Source: Candidatus Bathyarchaeota archaeon
GTDB taxonomy: Archaea; Thermoproteota; Bathyarchaeia; 40CM-2-53-6
Reading direction: 5' to 3'
Assembly (NCBI GenBank): GCA_963733055.1
Contig: CAVTBR010000001.1
Location: forward strand, 1,344,001 to 1,408,000
Length of the DNA stretch: 64,000 nucleotides
Part shown: positions 29,901 through 38,752 of the stretch, piece after piece
Layout: each line of letters begins with the position of its first letter
Position numbering within the stretch: the first letter of the stretch is position 1
Made by a program: the position numbers and the translations under genes
The notes under the pieces: generated by a model
Told to the model about the DNA's origin: nothing
Database searches by the model: none
Seen by the model: only the letters and a program-made list of their open reading frames with translations

Positions 29901-30959
29901 TCACGGGCGGGCTTCGAAGATTCTGTTGAAGGGTGTCTGAGTTGCTCTCCTAAACCGTTTGAATCCTCCAAGCGAAGCTATCTCTTGCATTTTCGAATCG
30001 CTTCCTTGGGCACCTACTGCAAGCCCGACTTCCTGCGCTAGGGACGAGGGGACGCAGACTAACGACGACGCGTTGTAGAATATGCGGCCAACAGGGTTGA
30101 GATTCTCCTCTACGCGCTCATTTGCATAGGGCTCAACGATCATCCACGTCCCATCCGGCTTAAGCGAGTCATGAACATGCTTTGCCGCGCCTACAGGGTC
30201 GCCCATATCGTGAAGGCAATCGAAGAAGGTGACGAGGTCGAAGTCCTTCCCTGGATATTGCTTAGCAAGCGCTACTTCGAAAGTTGTGTTGCCTGATACG
30301 CCTTCGGTGACTGCCACGTTCTTAGCCCACTCGATCGATTCCAAATGGTAATCGTACCCTATGAACCGCGATTTGGGAAACGCCTTTGCCATTATGGCCG
30401 TAGATGAGCCGTATCCGCATCCGACGTCTGCGACACGAGCCCCAACCTTCAGTTTCTCAACAACGCCGTCAAGGCTTGGGAGCCACGAACTAACCAGGTT
30501 GGCAAGGTAGCCGGGACGGAAGAATTTCTGGGTGCCAAGGAACAGGTCATTATGATGTTCATGCCAACCAAACCCTTTCCCTGTACGGAACACGTCGGCG
30601 AGTTTCCCGCGATCCTTGTAGACTGAGGAGACTATGTAGAAGGCTCCTGGGATGTAGACTGGGCTGTCCTCATTGGCGAGGGTAAATGTCTGCTCGGGAG
30701 TCATCACGTACTTTCCAGTTGCCGAATCATAGTTAACGTAGCCCCCTGCAGCTTGACCGGCTAGCCATTCGCGCACGTAACGCTCAGATGTGCCTGTCTT
30801 CTTCGCAAGTTCCTCGGGTGTCAACGGGCCGTTGGCTGATAGCGCTTTGTAGAGGCCCAGCTGTTCTCCGATTAGTATTGCGGGTCCCTGCATTGACGCG
30901 CCTAATTCCGTCACGAACTTTCCTATAATTTCATTCAACTTATCCTGATTGACACTCAA
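29901..30959 (-). CDS. SAM-dependent methyltransferase with N-terminal wHTH
   Basis: ERYVREWL, ADVGCGYG, FDCLHDMGDP; probable TTG start. Confidence 0.85.
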   Translation of the reverse strand: MSVNQDKLNEIIGKFVTELGASMQGPAILIGEQLGLYKALSANGPLTPEELAKKTGTSERYVREWLAGQAAGGYVNYDSATGKYVMTPEQTFTLANEDSPVYIPGAFYIVSSVYKDRGKLADVFRTGKGFGWHEHHNDLFLGTQKFFRPGYLANLVSSWLPSLDGVVEKLKVGARVADVGCGYGSSTAIMAKAFPKSRFIGYDYHLESIEWAKNVAVTEGVSGNTTFEVALAKQYPGKDFDLVTFFDCLHDMGDPVGAAKHVHDSLKPDGTWMIVEPYANERVEENLNPVGRIFYNASSLVCVPSSLAQEVGLAVGAQGSDSKMQEIASLGGFKRFRRATQTPFNRIFEARP

Positions 30960-31070
30960 AAGCTCCACATAACGTCGAATTGTGCGAAGAAAAATTAAGG
31001 TTTTCTTATCCTTTGGGCGTATTCTCCATGTGTCACACACCTGTCAGACACCCTGTTTTCTAGCGTCCGT

Positions 31071-31121
31071 GTACTCGCTGGTGAGTACGTTTTCCGGAAG
31101 GTACTCGCCCGTGAGTACGTT
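31071..31121. promoter_or_regulatory. Tandem palindromic operator-like sites, 30-bp period
   Basis: GTACTCGCTGGTGAGTACGTT and GTACTCGCCCGTGAGTACGTT. Confidence 0.5.
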
Positions 31122-31208
31122 AGCTGGCGTGCGCTTGCAATCGTGTTTCTCCGACGTAGGGAAACCGCGAGACTCAAGGAGAGCGGTAGGTCGCAAGGTC
31201 TTTCGTGT

Positions 31209-31613
31209 CTACATGCCAAAGAGTAAGTAGTTGAGGGAGAAGGCGCCGGCTCCAAGAGCCGCTAAGGCTAGGGATGCGACTAGGAGGATGACGTCTACTT
31301 CGTAGCCGCCAACGAACTTCTTCTTCATCTTGACCTTTGAAAGCCAAGTTGTGGAGAGCATCCAGAGCGCGAATAGGACGGCGATGATTTGCGTAAATAT
31401 TCCTAGCACTAGGGCTATGCCGCCGAAGAACTCAACCACCCCACCGAACAGTATGAAGCCGGCTGGCAAACCCAGACTCTTCATCCACTCCCCGCCCTGC
31501 TTCCTTTGCGTGGCACTGAATTTCGGATATCCATGAATTATGAATACGGCGCCGATTATCAGCCTCAGGAGTAGCGCTGCGACGCTTACGTGAACCCCGA
31601 ACAAACTCATCAT
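31209..31613 (-). CDS. DoxX family membrane protein
   Basis: LLLRL..G..F..HG..K, EFFGG..L.LG, GYE. Confidence 0.88.
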   Translation of the reverse strand: MMSLFGVHVSVAALLLRLIIGAVFIIHGYPKFSATQRKQGGEWMKSLGLPAGFILFGGVVEFFGGIALVLGIFTQIIAVLFALWMLSTTWLSKVKMKKKFVGGYEVDVILLVASLALAALGAGAFSLNYLLFGM

Positions 31614-31630
31614 TTCTTATCCTCACCGAG

Positions 31631-32035
31631 CTAATTGGGTCCTTCCAGAAAGACGGAATCGCCCTTGATCCCTACCTTGTACGTTTTCAATGGTTCTACT
31701 TGAATCTCGGAAATTATATCCGCGGTATTCTTCATCATCGCGAGCATTTCCTGGGGCAGTTTTTGCATCACTTCCGGTGGCATGGTCATTTGGGGGCCCG
31801 AGAGATTCTTTCCGGTTGTAACATCGAATTTTGCGTGGTGGAGGGGACAGGTGACCTCCTTTCCTTGAAGTGTACCTCTGGCTAGGCTTGCGCTCGAATG
31901 GCCGCATCTATTCGACGTAGCGTAGACCTTTCCGTCAACGTTCGAAAGCAGAATGTCCTGATCATACGCTCTGACTCGTTTCATACTGCCCGGCGGTATT
32001 TCGGAAACCTTAGCCACTTCAACTTCCATATGCAT
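31631..32035 (-). CDS. Rieske-type (2Fe-2S) ferredoxin
   Basis: CGH...CPLH. Confidence 0.88.
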   Translation of the reverse strand: MHMEVEVAKVSEIPPGSMKRVRAYDQDILLSNVDGKVYATSNRCGHSSASLARGTLQGKEVTCPLHHAKFDVTTGKNLSGPQMTMPPEVMQKLPQEMLAMMKNTADIISEIQVEPLKTYKVGIKGDSVFLEGPN

Positions 32036-32121
32036 TACCTCACTTGACTTTAGTAAGCTACTGTAGTAAGGTAAGTATATTAACCTACCACTAACCCTAA
32101 GGTAACTAGGTTACGACAAAA

Positions 32122-32502
32122 ATGCCAGCCCACTTGAAACTGAGAACAATAGATCCGGACGCCGACCATTGCCCCGCCGTCGGTGCAATAAAGGCGATCG
32201 TTACAGAGTCAAGGCTCTTAGTGGTTAGGCATCTGTTTACAGGACCGAAACGTTTCAACGAACTCGTGCGGGTATCTGGAATAAATTCGAAGACATTGGC
32301 TGCGACGTTGAAGTTCCTGGAAGAAAAACAAGTCATACAGCGAGAGGTTCTCAGTACTAGGCCGTTTACAGTTGAGTACTCGCTCACTGCCTCGGGCCAA
32401 GAACTCAAACCAGTACTCGAAGGCTTAGGTAATTGGGGCAGCCGATGGTTGCCCGAGTTCAAGGGCAAGGCCACCGTTCAGCCCTTAATACACAAACCAT
32501 GA
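32122..32502 (+). CDS. HxlR/DUF24-family redox-sensing regulator
   Basis: N-terminal HCP, GPKRFNEL, VEYSLT..G; divergent from Rieske/DoxX; palindrome GTAACTAGGTTAC at 32102-32114. Confidence 0.88.
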   Translation: MPAHLKLRTIDPDADHCPAVGAIKAIVTESRLLVVRHLFTGPKRFNELVRVSGINSKTLAATLKFLEEKQVIQREVLSTRPFTVEYSLTASGQELKPVLEGLGNWGSRWLPEFKGKATVQPLIHKP

Positions 32503-32635
32503 GAGGCAATGGCGGTAGCCATCTAACACTCAAGGAATGGCTAAACATTAAGGCGCGATCATCATTAGGTATAGTGTGTTGGATTATGGTGAAGAAATCG
32601 TTCAAGGGCTCGTATCATAGTTCAGAAGGAAAGTT

Positions 32636-33262
32636 ATGACTAGTGGACCGATTCGTGATCAGGTGAAAGATCCTCTTCTTACACCCAAGAACTCAGCTCT
32701 AATCATCATCGACTACCAGCCCGTCCAAGTGAATTCGATCGAGTCGATGGACCGTAAACTTCTCGTCGAGAACATTGTCCACATCGCGAGGATAGCGAAA
32801 ACGTATGAATTACCGACTGTACTTTCAACTGTGAACGTGAAGACTGGCGTCAACAAACCCACGATACGCGAGTTGCAAGAAGTGTTTCCTGGGATCGAGC
32901 CGCTGGATCGCACGGCGATCAATGCATGGGAAGACGTGGAATTCGTCAAGGCTGTTAAGGCGACGGGCCGCAAGAAGCTCATCATGGCCGCGCTGTGGAC
33001 GGAGGCATGTCTGACTTTTCCATCACTCGACGCGATTCGTGAGGGTTACGAAGTTTACCCAATCGTGGACGCGGTCGGCGGCACCTCGGTGGAAGCGCAT
33101 CGGGCGGGTCTTGAGCGAATCGTTCAAGCAGGCGCGAAGCCCGTTAGCTGGGTGCAATTAATCTGTGAGCTTCAACACAACTGGGGGCGCAAAGAAACCG
33201 TGCCGCCATTCGTGGATATTCTGTTTCGCTCACGAGGCATAGAACCCGGCCACGAGGAATAG
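32636..33262 (+). CDS. Isochorismatase-family (YcaC-like) hydrolase
   Basis: IIDYQP, INAWED, ALWTEAC. Confidence 0.88.
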   Translation: MTSGPIRDQVKDPLLTPKNSALIIIDYQPVQVNSIESMDRKLLVENIVHIARIAKTYELPTVLSTVNVKTGVNKPTIRELQEVFPGIEPLDRTAINAWEDVEFVKAVKATGRKKLIMAALWTEACLTFPSLDAIREGYEVYPIVDAVGGTSVEAHRAGLERIVQAGAKPVSWVQLICELQHNWGRKETVPPFVDILFRSRGIEPGHEE

Positions 33263-33269
33263 AAATCCT

Positions 33270-34226
33270 GTGCCTAAGCAGATACTCGGCATACACCATG
33301 TCACAGCCATCGCTGGGGAACCGCAGAAGAACATCGATTTCTACGCGGGCTTTCTAGGGCTTCGACTGATCAAGCTAACCGTAAACTACGACGACCCAGA
33401 AACCTACCACCTGTACTACGGCGATGAAAACGGCAACCCCGGCACGATTCTCACATTCTTCCCATGGCCCGGCGCTCCAGAGGGGAGAAAGGGAGCAGGA
33501 CAGCTTACAACCACGTCTTTCTCGATACCTCAGGCGAGCGTGGGTTTCTGGAGCGAGCGTCTAAAGCAGCGCGGAATAAGCTTCGAAGGACCAGTTGATC
33601 GTTTCGAGGAACAGGTAATTTCTTTCTCAGATCCCGACGATTTGAAACTCGAACTGGTCGCACAAGAAGGAGCGGAGAGTAGGAGTGGTTGGAAACACGG
33701 ACCGGTACCGCAAGAGCATGCGATTCGGGGCTTCTTCGGCGTCACACTCTCCGAGGGGGGTTACGAGAGAACCGCGTCCCTCCTAACCGAAATAATGGGG
33801 TTCCGCCTCACGAAGGAGAATGGAAACCGCTTCAGGTACGAGGCCGGGAACGGCGGACCGGGCGCGATGGTTGATGTCCTCTGCCAGCCGGACGCGCCAA
33901 CGGGGCTCGTGAGTGTGGGAACCGTGCACCACGTGGCATGGCGTACCCCAAACGACGAACAGCAGAAAGAATGGAGAAGTGAGCTAGTTAAAGCTCGAAT
34001 GAACGTTACGCCCATAATAGATCGCAAATACTTCCACTCAATCTATTTCCGGGAGCCGGGAGGTGTTCTGTTCGAGATAGCAACAGACCCACCCGGCTTC
34101 ACTGTCGACGAAAGATTGGAAGAGCTAGGAACTAAACTCGTACTGCCACCCTGGCTAGAGCCACTCAGAGCACACCTCAATCAAGTACTTCCCAAGGTCA
34201 AATTGCCAAGCACACCCCAAGCCTGA
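33270..34226 (+). CDS. Ring-cleaving dioxygenase (MhqO/MhqA-like)
   Basis: GIHHVTA, TVNYDDP.TYHLYYGD, VHHVAW, DRKYFHSIYFREPGG.LFEIAT. Confidence 0.9.
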   Translation: MPKQILGIHHVTAIAGEPQKNIDFYAGFLGLRLIKLTVNYDDPETYHLYYGDENGNPGTILTFFPWPGAPEGRKGAGQLTTTSFSIPQASVGFWSERLKQRGISFEGPVDRFEEQVISFSDPDDLKLELVAQEGAESRSGWKHGPVPQEHAIRGFFGVTLSEGGYERTASLLTEIMGFRLTKENGNRFRYEAGNGGPGAMVDVLCQPDAPTGLVSVGTVHHVAWRTPNDEQQKEWRSELVKARMNVTPIIDRKYFHSIYFREPGGVLFEIATDPPGFTVDERLEELGTKLVLPPWLEPLRAHLNQVLPKVKLPSTPQA

Positions 34227-34249
34227 GGTCGCTGTGAAGGTCAGGAGAA

Positions 34250-34885
34250 ATGAAACAGTCAGCACCTGATCTGAACTTCGTTCATCGCTTCGAACCCGGC
34301 AACCGTAGGGACCTCACGCTGCTTCTCCTCCACGGCACAGGGGGCAACGAAGACGATCTCGTCCCATTGGGCAAGACCCTCGCCCCCGGAGCTACGGTGC
34401 TCAGCCCGCGAGGGAAGGTGCTGGAAAACGGCATGCCCAGGTTCTTTCGGCGATTGAGCGAGGGCATATTCGACATTGAAGATCTGAAGTTCCGCTCCAA
34501 GGAACTCGCAGATTTTGTGAAGAACGCCTCGGCCAAGTACGGGTTCGACATGAATTCAGTCGTATTGGTTGGATATTCGAACGGCGCGAATATCGCCGCG
34601 AGCATGCTGCTACTGGGATCCATTCTTCCCGCCGGGGCGGTATTGTTCCGCGCCATGGTACCACTCATACCCGACCAGTTGCCCAACTTGCACAAAATTG
34701 TCGTCTTCATCTCTGCGGGAACATCCGACCCGATTGTCCCGAGAGAGGAGGTTCAGAGGCTTGCTAAACTGCTTGGGGACGCCCGAGCAGAGGTGACGCT
34801 CAACTGGGAGAACACTACGCATGCATTGACCGGGGAAGAAATGAAGAAGGCTGCGAGCTGGTTGCTCCAGAACTTCAGAAGTTGA
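34250..34885 (+). CDS. Alpha/beta hydrolase (MhqD-like carboxylesterase)
   Basis: LLHGTGG, RFFRR, GYSNGAN. Confidence 0.88.
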   Translation: MKQSAPDLNFVHRFEPGNRRDLTLLLLHGTGGNEDDLVPLGKTLAPGATVLSPRGKVLENGMPRFFRRLSEGIFDIEDLKFRSKELADFVKNASAKYGFDMNSVVLVGYSNGANIAASMLLLGSILPAGAVLFRAMVPLIPDQLPNLHKIVVFISAGTSDPIVPREEVQRLAKLLGDARAEVTLNWENTTHALTGEEMKKAASWLLQNFRS

Positions 34886-34892
34886 TACATGA

Positions 34893-36020
34893 ATGCAAGC
34901 CAATCCTCTCTGGCCAGTCGGCATTCGGTTTCCAGTCCTCGACGAGGACCTCAAAGTCGACATCGCAATCGTTGGAGCTGGAATTGCAGGTATTTCATGC
35001 GGCTTTCACTTGCAGAACGCGGGTTACCGGGTCGCCGTCATTGAGAAAGAAGAAGTTGGGTCGGCTGCTACGGGCGCAAGCTCTGGGATCCTGTACTACG
35101 GTTCGGGTGGCAATTTCGTAGAGGCTGTGCAACGGTATGGGAAGGATGACGCGACCACGCTTTGGAAGGAAACGGAGAAGACAATCAACAATCTCGTCGC
35201 ATTAATAGAAAAACATCGAATACCATGTGGGTTCCGACACACCGGCGCGATCATGGTTGCAAAAAACAAGCAGGAGGAAACCCGAATTGAGAAGGAGCAC
35301 ACAGCGCTTCGAGACATCGGGATACAGACCCAACAATACTCCAGCGATGAGATTCAGAAATCATTTACGGGGACAAAATTCACTTCGGGGCTCTCATTTG
35401 ATATCTGTTGCGTGATTCACCCCGCGCAGTTCGTTGCAGAATTGGCGAGGAAGTTCAACGTACCAGTCTACGAAAAATCGCCAATGCTGAAATTCACCGA
35501 AGAGCCGGATGGCGTAACGCTCGAGTCATCTAAGGCTCGAATACGATGCGACCGCCTAGTGCTTGCGACGGATCTTGAACCATTCTATGGTTTGGAGAAG
35601 CACTTCGAGCAGGAAACCACCGTCGTTCTAGCCAGCCCTGAGATGGCGGCTACCAAGCAGATTTGGCCTCAAGACAAAGTGATCTGGACCATGGAAGACA
35701 AATACGACATACTGTACCCGTTGGGACAGCGTCTAGCTTTGGAACTGTATCGCGCACGAAATATCAAACAGAAACTAGCACAATACTATAGCGGAATAAA
35801 ATTCGAAGTTCAGTACCGCTGGGGAGAGTCTTGGTCGAAGACTACAGACTTACTCCCCATCGCGGGTCCATTGACCGATCGCGTTTACGCGGCCGTTGCC
35901 ATGGGCGACGAAGGAATCGTTATGGGATTCACGATTGGCGCGAGAATGCCGATGGCATTCGAGAGTCGCGATGACCCCATTTTGAGGATGACGGCTCCAA
36001 ACCGCTTCCCTCATTCATGA
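34893..36020 (+). CDS. FAD-dependent oxidoreductase (DAO/PuuB-like)
   Basis: IVGAGIAG, GSAATGASSG. Confidence 0.8.
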   Translation: MQANPLWPVGIRFPVLDEDLKVDIAIVGAGIAGISCGFHLQNAGYRVAVIEKEEVGSAATGASSGILYYGSGGNFVEAVQRYGKDDATTLWKETEKTINNLVALIEKHRIPCGFRHTGAIMVAKNKQEETRIEKEHTALRDIGIQTQQYSSDEIQKSFTGTKFTSGLSFDICCVIHPAQFVAELARKFNVPVYEKSPMLKFTEEPDGVTLESSKARIRCDRLVLATDLEPFYGLEKHFEQETTVVLASPEMAATKQIWPQDKVIWTMEDKYDILYPLGQRLALELYRARNIKQKLAQYYSGIKFEVQYRWGESWSKTTDLLPIAGPLTDRVYAAVAMGDEGIVMGFTIGARMPMAFESRDDPILRMTAPNRFPHS

Positions 36021-36147
36021 GTATTCGTTCAGTCTGATTCGGTTTGTGTGCGGGTCTAGTGGCTCGCACACACACTCTTAGACCGTACGACGCTTCAAAT
36101 CCGAATCCACAACATATTGAAATATATGGCACCGAAAAAAGTTCGGG

Positions 36148-36453
36148 ATGAAAACCTACGAGGTTCGGATCAATTCTCGCTCTGACCTTTCGCACGCCGA
36201 AGATGTAGTGGAAGAGTGTTGCCGAAAAGCAGGATTGAAAATAACGATAAAGAGGACCTTGCGTTCTTACCCCCACAGCATCCACTGGCACTTCAGGAAA
36301 CTAGGGGAATTGCGCGGCACACTGGAATTTACTCTTTGGAAAGAAAAACGCAAGGCCTGGTTCTCTGTGCATGACAATAGGAAAGCGGTATGGGTCGATG
36401 GTCTCATCGATTCGCTGAGAAAATCGATTGAATCGAAGATCACGGCGTCATAA
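36148..36453 (+). CDS. Hypothetical protein
   Basis: 101-aa ORF, HWH and GTLE motifs. Confidence 0.55.
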   Translation: MKTYEVRINSRSDLSHAEDVVEECCRKAGLKITIKRTLRSYPHSIHWHFRKLGELRGTLEFTLWKEKRKAWFSVHDNRKAVWVDGLIDSLRKSIESKITAS

Positions 36454-36499
36454 TTTGAACCCTCGTGGCGGTCGTTCATAAAGTGCGTGTTGGGTTAGT

Positions 36500-36543
36500 T
36501 GGTGCGCCCGCCGGGATTCGGACTCGAGTCGTTGGCTTGGAGG
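36500..36543 (-). pseudogene. Degenerate 3' half of a tRNA-Gly
   Basis: Minus strand CCTCCAA GCCAA CGAC TCGAG TCCGAAT CCCGG CGGGCGC A CCA; damaged T-arm; no 5' half adjacent. Confidence 0.65.
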
Positions 36544-36667
36544 TCATTGGGTGCGGGCTACAATTCAATACAATCTGAGAAATGGGAATCAGTCTAGTGA
36601 ATGAGTAGGCTGGTTTATTGTGTACGTTCCAGGTCCGGTGGAGCCGCTGCAGGAGTGATCGGTTGCA

Positions 36668-37078
36668 TTGCCGGCAAAGTTCAGTAACACTGGGATAAAT
36701 GTCTCCGACTTTGAGAAGTCGATCGCTTTCTACCGAAAAGTGTTAGGCATGAAGCTAATCTTCAAAGAAAGCATTAAGGAAACCGGAGGACGCGTCGCAT
36801 GGCTAAAGTCAAAAGGCTCCAGCCAAATCCTCGTACTGAATTGGTATCCAAGAAAATACAAGCATGGAGCTAGAACCGGACTTGACTTTCTCGCCTTCAA
36901 AGTTCACGACGCAATCCGCGAATATGAAAGACTGTCGAGAGATCACCGAGGAGCCCTAGCCCCCTTCCGGGAAGGAAACATGATGCTTGCCTACGTTAAG
37001 GACCCGAACGGAAACTGGATAGAACTAGGGTCGAAGCTCAGAAAGAACAGGCGTCGAAAGCACCGCCCCTCTTCATAG
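36668..37078 (+). CDS. VOC/lactoylglutathione-lyase-like protein
   Basis: VSDFEKSIAFY..VLGM, KDPNGNWIEL. Confidence 0.82.
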   Translation: MPAKFSNTGINVSDFEKSIAFYRKVLGMKLIFKESIKETGGRVAWLKSKGSSQILVLNWYPRKYKHGARTGLDFLAFKVHDAIREYERLSRDHRGALAPFREGNMMLAYVKDPNGNWIELGSKLRKNRRRKHRPSS

Positions 37079-37305
37079 CGAGGTTTGAATGACGGTACGC
37101 ATCACAGCCGAACAACACGCCCCCGATACGATCCGTGTTAAACGCGGATTTTTTTTGGAGGGATTGGTGCGCACACACATACTTTTCAAACGACGAACGT
37201 CGGTGATTCAAATCCTGTCGCCCGCTAGACCGTGCGCGTACACACACATAGAGGAACCGAAAACCACAACTTGACCCAGTTCGTATCCTAATCCGTGCCT
37301 ATGCT

Positions 37306-38043
37306 ATGCCTCGACTTCCATTAATCGAAGACTTAACTACGGAACCTATTCCTGCTGGTTCGAATATTCTTGTTGAATTTGACCCTGCCTCCCAATGGTA
37401 CAACGCGTCCCTAACAATAGCCGCCGGTTGGATAAGGAGTGGAGGCGTATCTAGTTACAACACCTATGACCACGCTCCTGAAAGAGTAAGATTACAGCTC
37501 AATAACCTTGGACTCGATGTCGAGGCATTAGAAAGCGACGAGAAACTGAGAATCATAGACTGGTACATGATACAGCTAGGTCAGAAGTCGAGAGAGAAAT
37601 ACGCTACGCCAGTGACATCGCTGAAACTTGCGGAGCTGAGCATACTACAATCGAGAGGGTTGATGGGAAGTAAAGGCACACTTTTCCCTGGAACAGCGTG
37701 GCGCCTAGGCCCTGATGTACTTAGAATCATTGACGATGACCTGGTTATTGCAAGGTTCAACGACGAGAAGAACTTCGTTGACTTCTGGCGCTCACGGGAA
37801 ATTCCGAGTGCGCCATCAACAAATTCGACGACCATTTTCGGCGCAGTTAAAGGAGTCTTTTCTGACTTCCTTTACAGATCTTTGGAAGCTTCAGTTGACG
37901 CCATTCTAGATTTCAAACTCGAAGAAGAAGGCAGTACTACCAGAGACCTTATGCGAATCAGGAGCATGCGAAACGTACACTTCGACCGGGAATGGCATGA
38001 ACTTAAGATAGGCGAGAACTTCGAAGTCACCCTAGAGAAGTAA
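37306..38043 (+). CDS. RAD55/KaiC-like RecA-fold protein with degenerate P-loop
   Basis: IPAGSNILVEFDPASQW, LRIIDWY, DAILDF, RIRSMR. Confidence 0.7.
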   Translation: MPRLPLIEDLTTEPIPAGSNILVEFDPASQWYNASLTIAAGWIRSGGVSSYNTYDHAPERVRLQLNNLGLDVEALESDEKLRIIDWYMIQLGQKSREKYATPVTSLKLAELSILQSRGLMGSKGTLFPGTAWRLGPDVLRIIDDDLVIARFNDEKNFVDFWRSREIPSAPSTNSTTIFGAVKGVFSDFLYRSLEASVDAILDFKLEEEGSTTRDLMRIRSMRNVHFDREWHELKIGENFEVTLEK

Positions 38044-38151
38044 TCCTGAAAAGTCGTCGTTCGTCGTGTCAACTGTGTGTGCGCACCATTGATCCCACAC
38101 ACACAAAAGGAAATAACGAACGGTTCGATGCTCACGATTGTGGATTGAACT

Positions 38152-38709
38152 CTACTTTGCTTTCGCTACTGTCCAGAAGTCCACCCACTCGGTAATTGGG
38201 GGATCGATGTCGATTTGCCAGAGTAATGCGTTGAGTTCCCCTCTATGCTGGAGTTCTTCCCCCACCAGCTGCCAAAGCATGTCTCGCATCGTTATCTTAA
38301 TCGTCCATCTCTTGCCCTTGGGGTCGACTTCGTGCCAGACAACGGCTTTTGCAAGGTCTTTTGTTGAGAGTTTCTGCAGGAATCTATTGACAAAGGAGTC
38401 GATCTTGTGCTCCTCTTGTTCTATCTCGTCGAGTCTGAGACCTGTGCCTCCAATCCTCTTCCTTTCACGGACTTTGTCTGTGTAGACGTAGAGAAACCAC
38501 CATCGATAGGCATCTAGTACGTGGGTGAAGATATCGAGGATTGAAGGGAATGATGCGCCCCGATCTTTTGTGAGCTCCGCCTCTGGCAGCTTAGAGATGA
38601 CTTGGAAGTATCTCTTTCGTACAGTGGAGTTGTAATGATACCATTCGCGTATGAGATTGAGTTCGTTTCTGTTGGATCTTCGCATCTTGCCCTCTGCCAT
38701 TAGTTTCAT
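38152..38709 (-). CDS. DinB-family protein
   Basis: SFPSILDIFTHV, EELQHRGEL. Confidence 0.82.
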   Translation of the reverse strand: MKLMAEGKMRRSNRNELNLIREWYHYNSTVRKRYFQVISKLPEAELTKDRGASFPSILDIFTHVLDAYRWWFLYVYTDKVRERKRIGGTGLRLDEIEQEEHKIDSFVNRFLQKLSTKDLAKAVVWHEVDPKGKRWTIKITMRDMLWQLVGEELQHRGELNALLWQIDIDPPITEWVDFWTVAKAK

Positions 38710-38752
38710 CTCCCCTTCTCTGCTAGTCGCTTTGGTGTGTGTGGGCGATCAC

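Noticed and set aside
37198-37226. GTCGGTGATTCAAATCCTGTCGCCCGCTA resembling a tRNA T-arm and 3' end
   Set aside because: The T-stem does not pair, there is no CCA and no upstream arms; too degenerate to support.
38085-38750. CA/TG-rich stretches flanking dinB as possible inverted repeats
   Set aside because: Short, low-complexity and imperfect; no target-site duplication or transposase.
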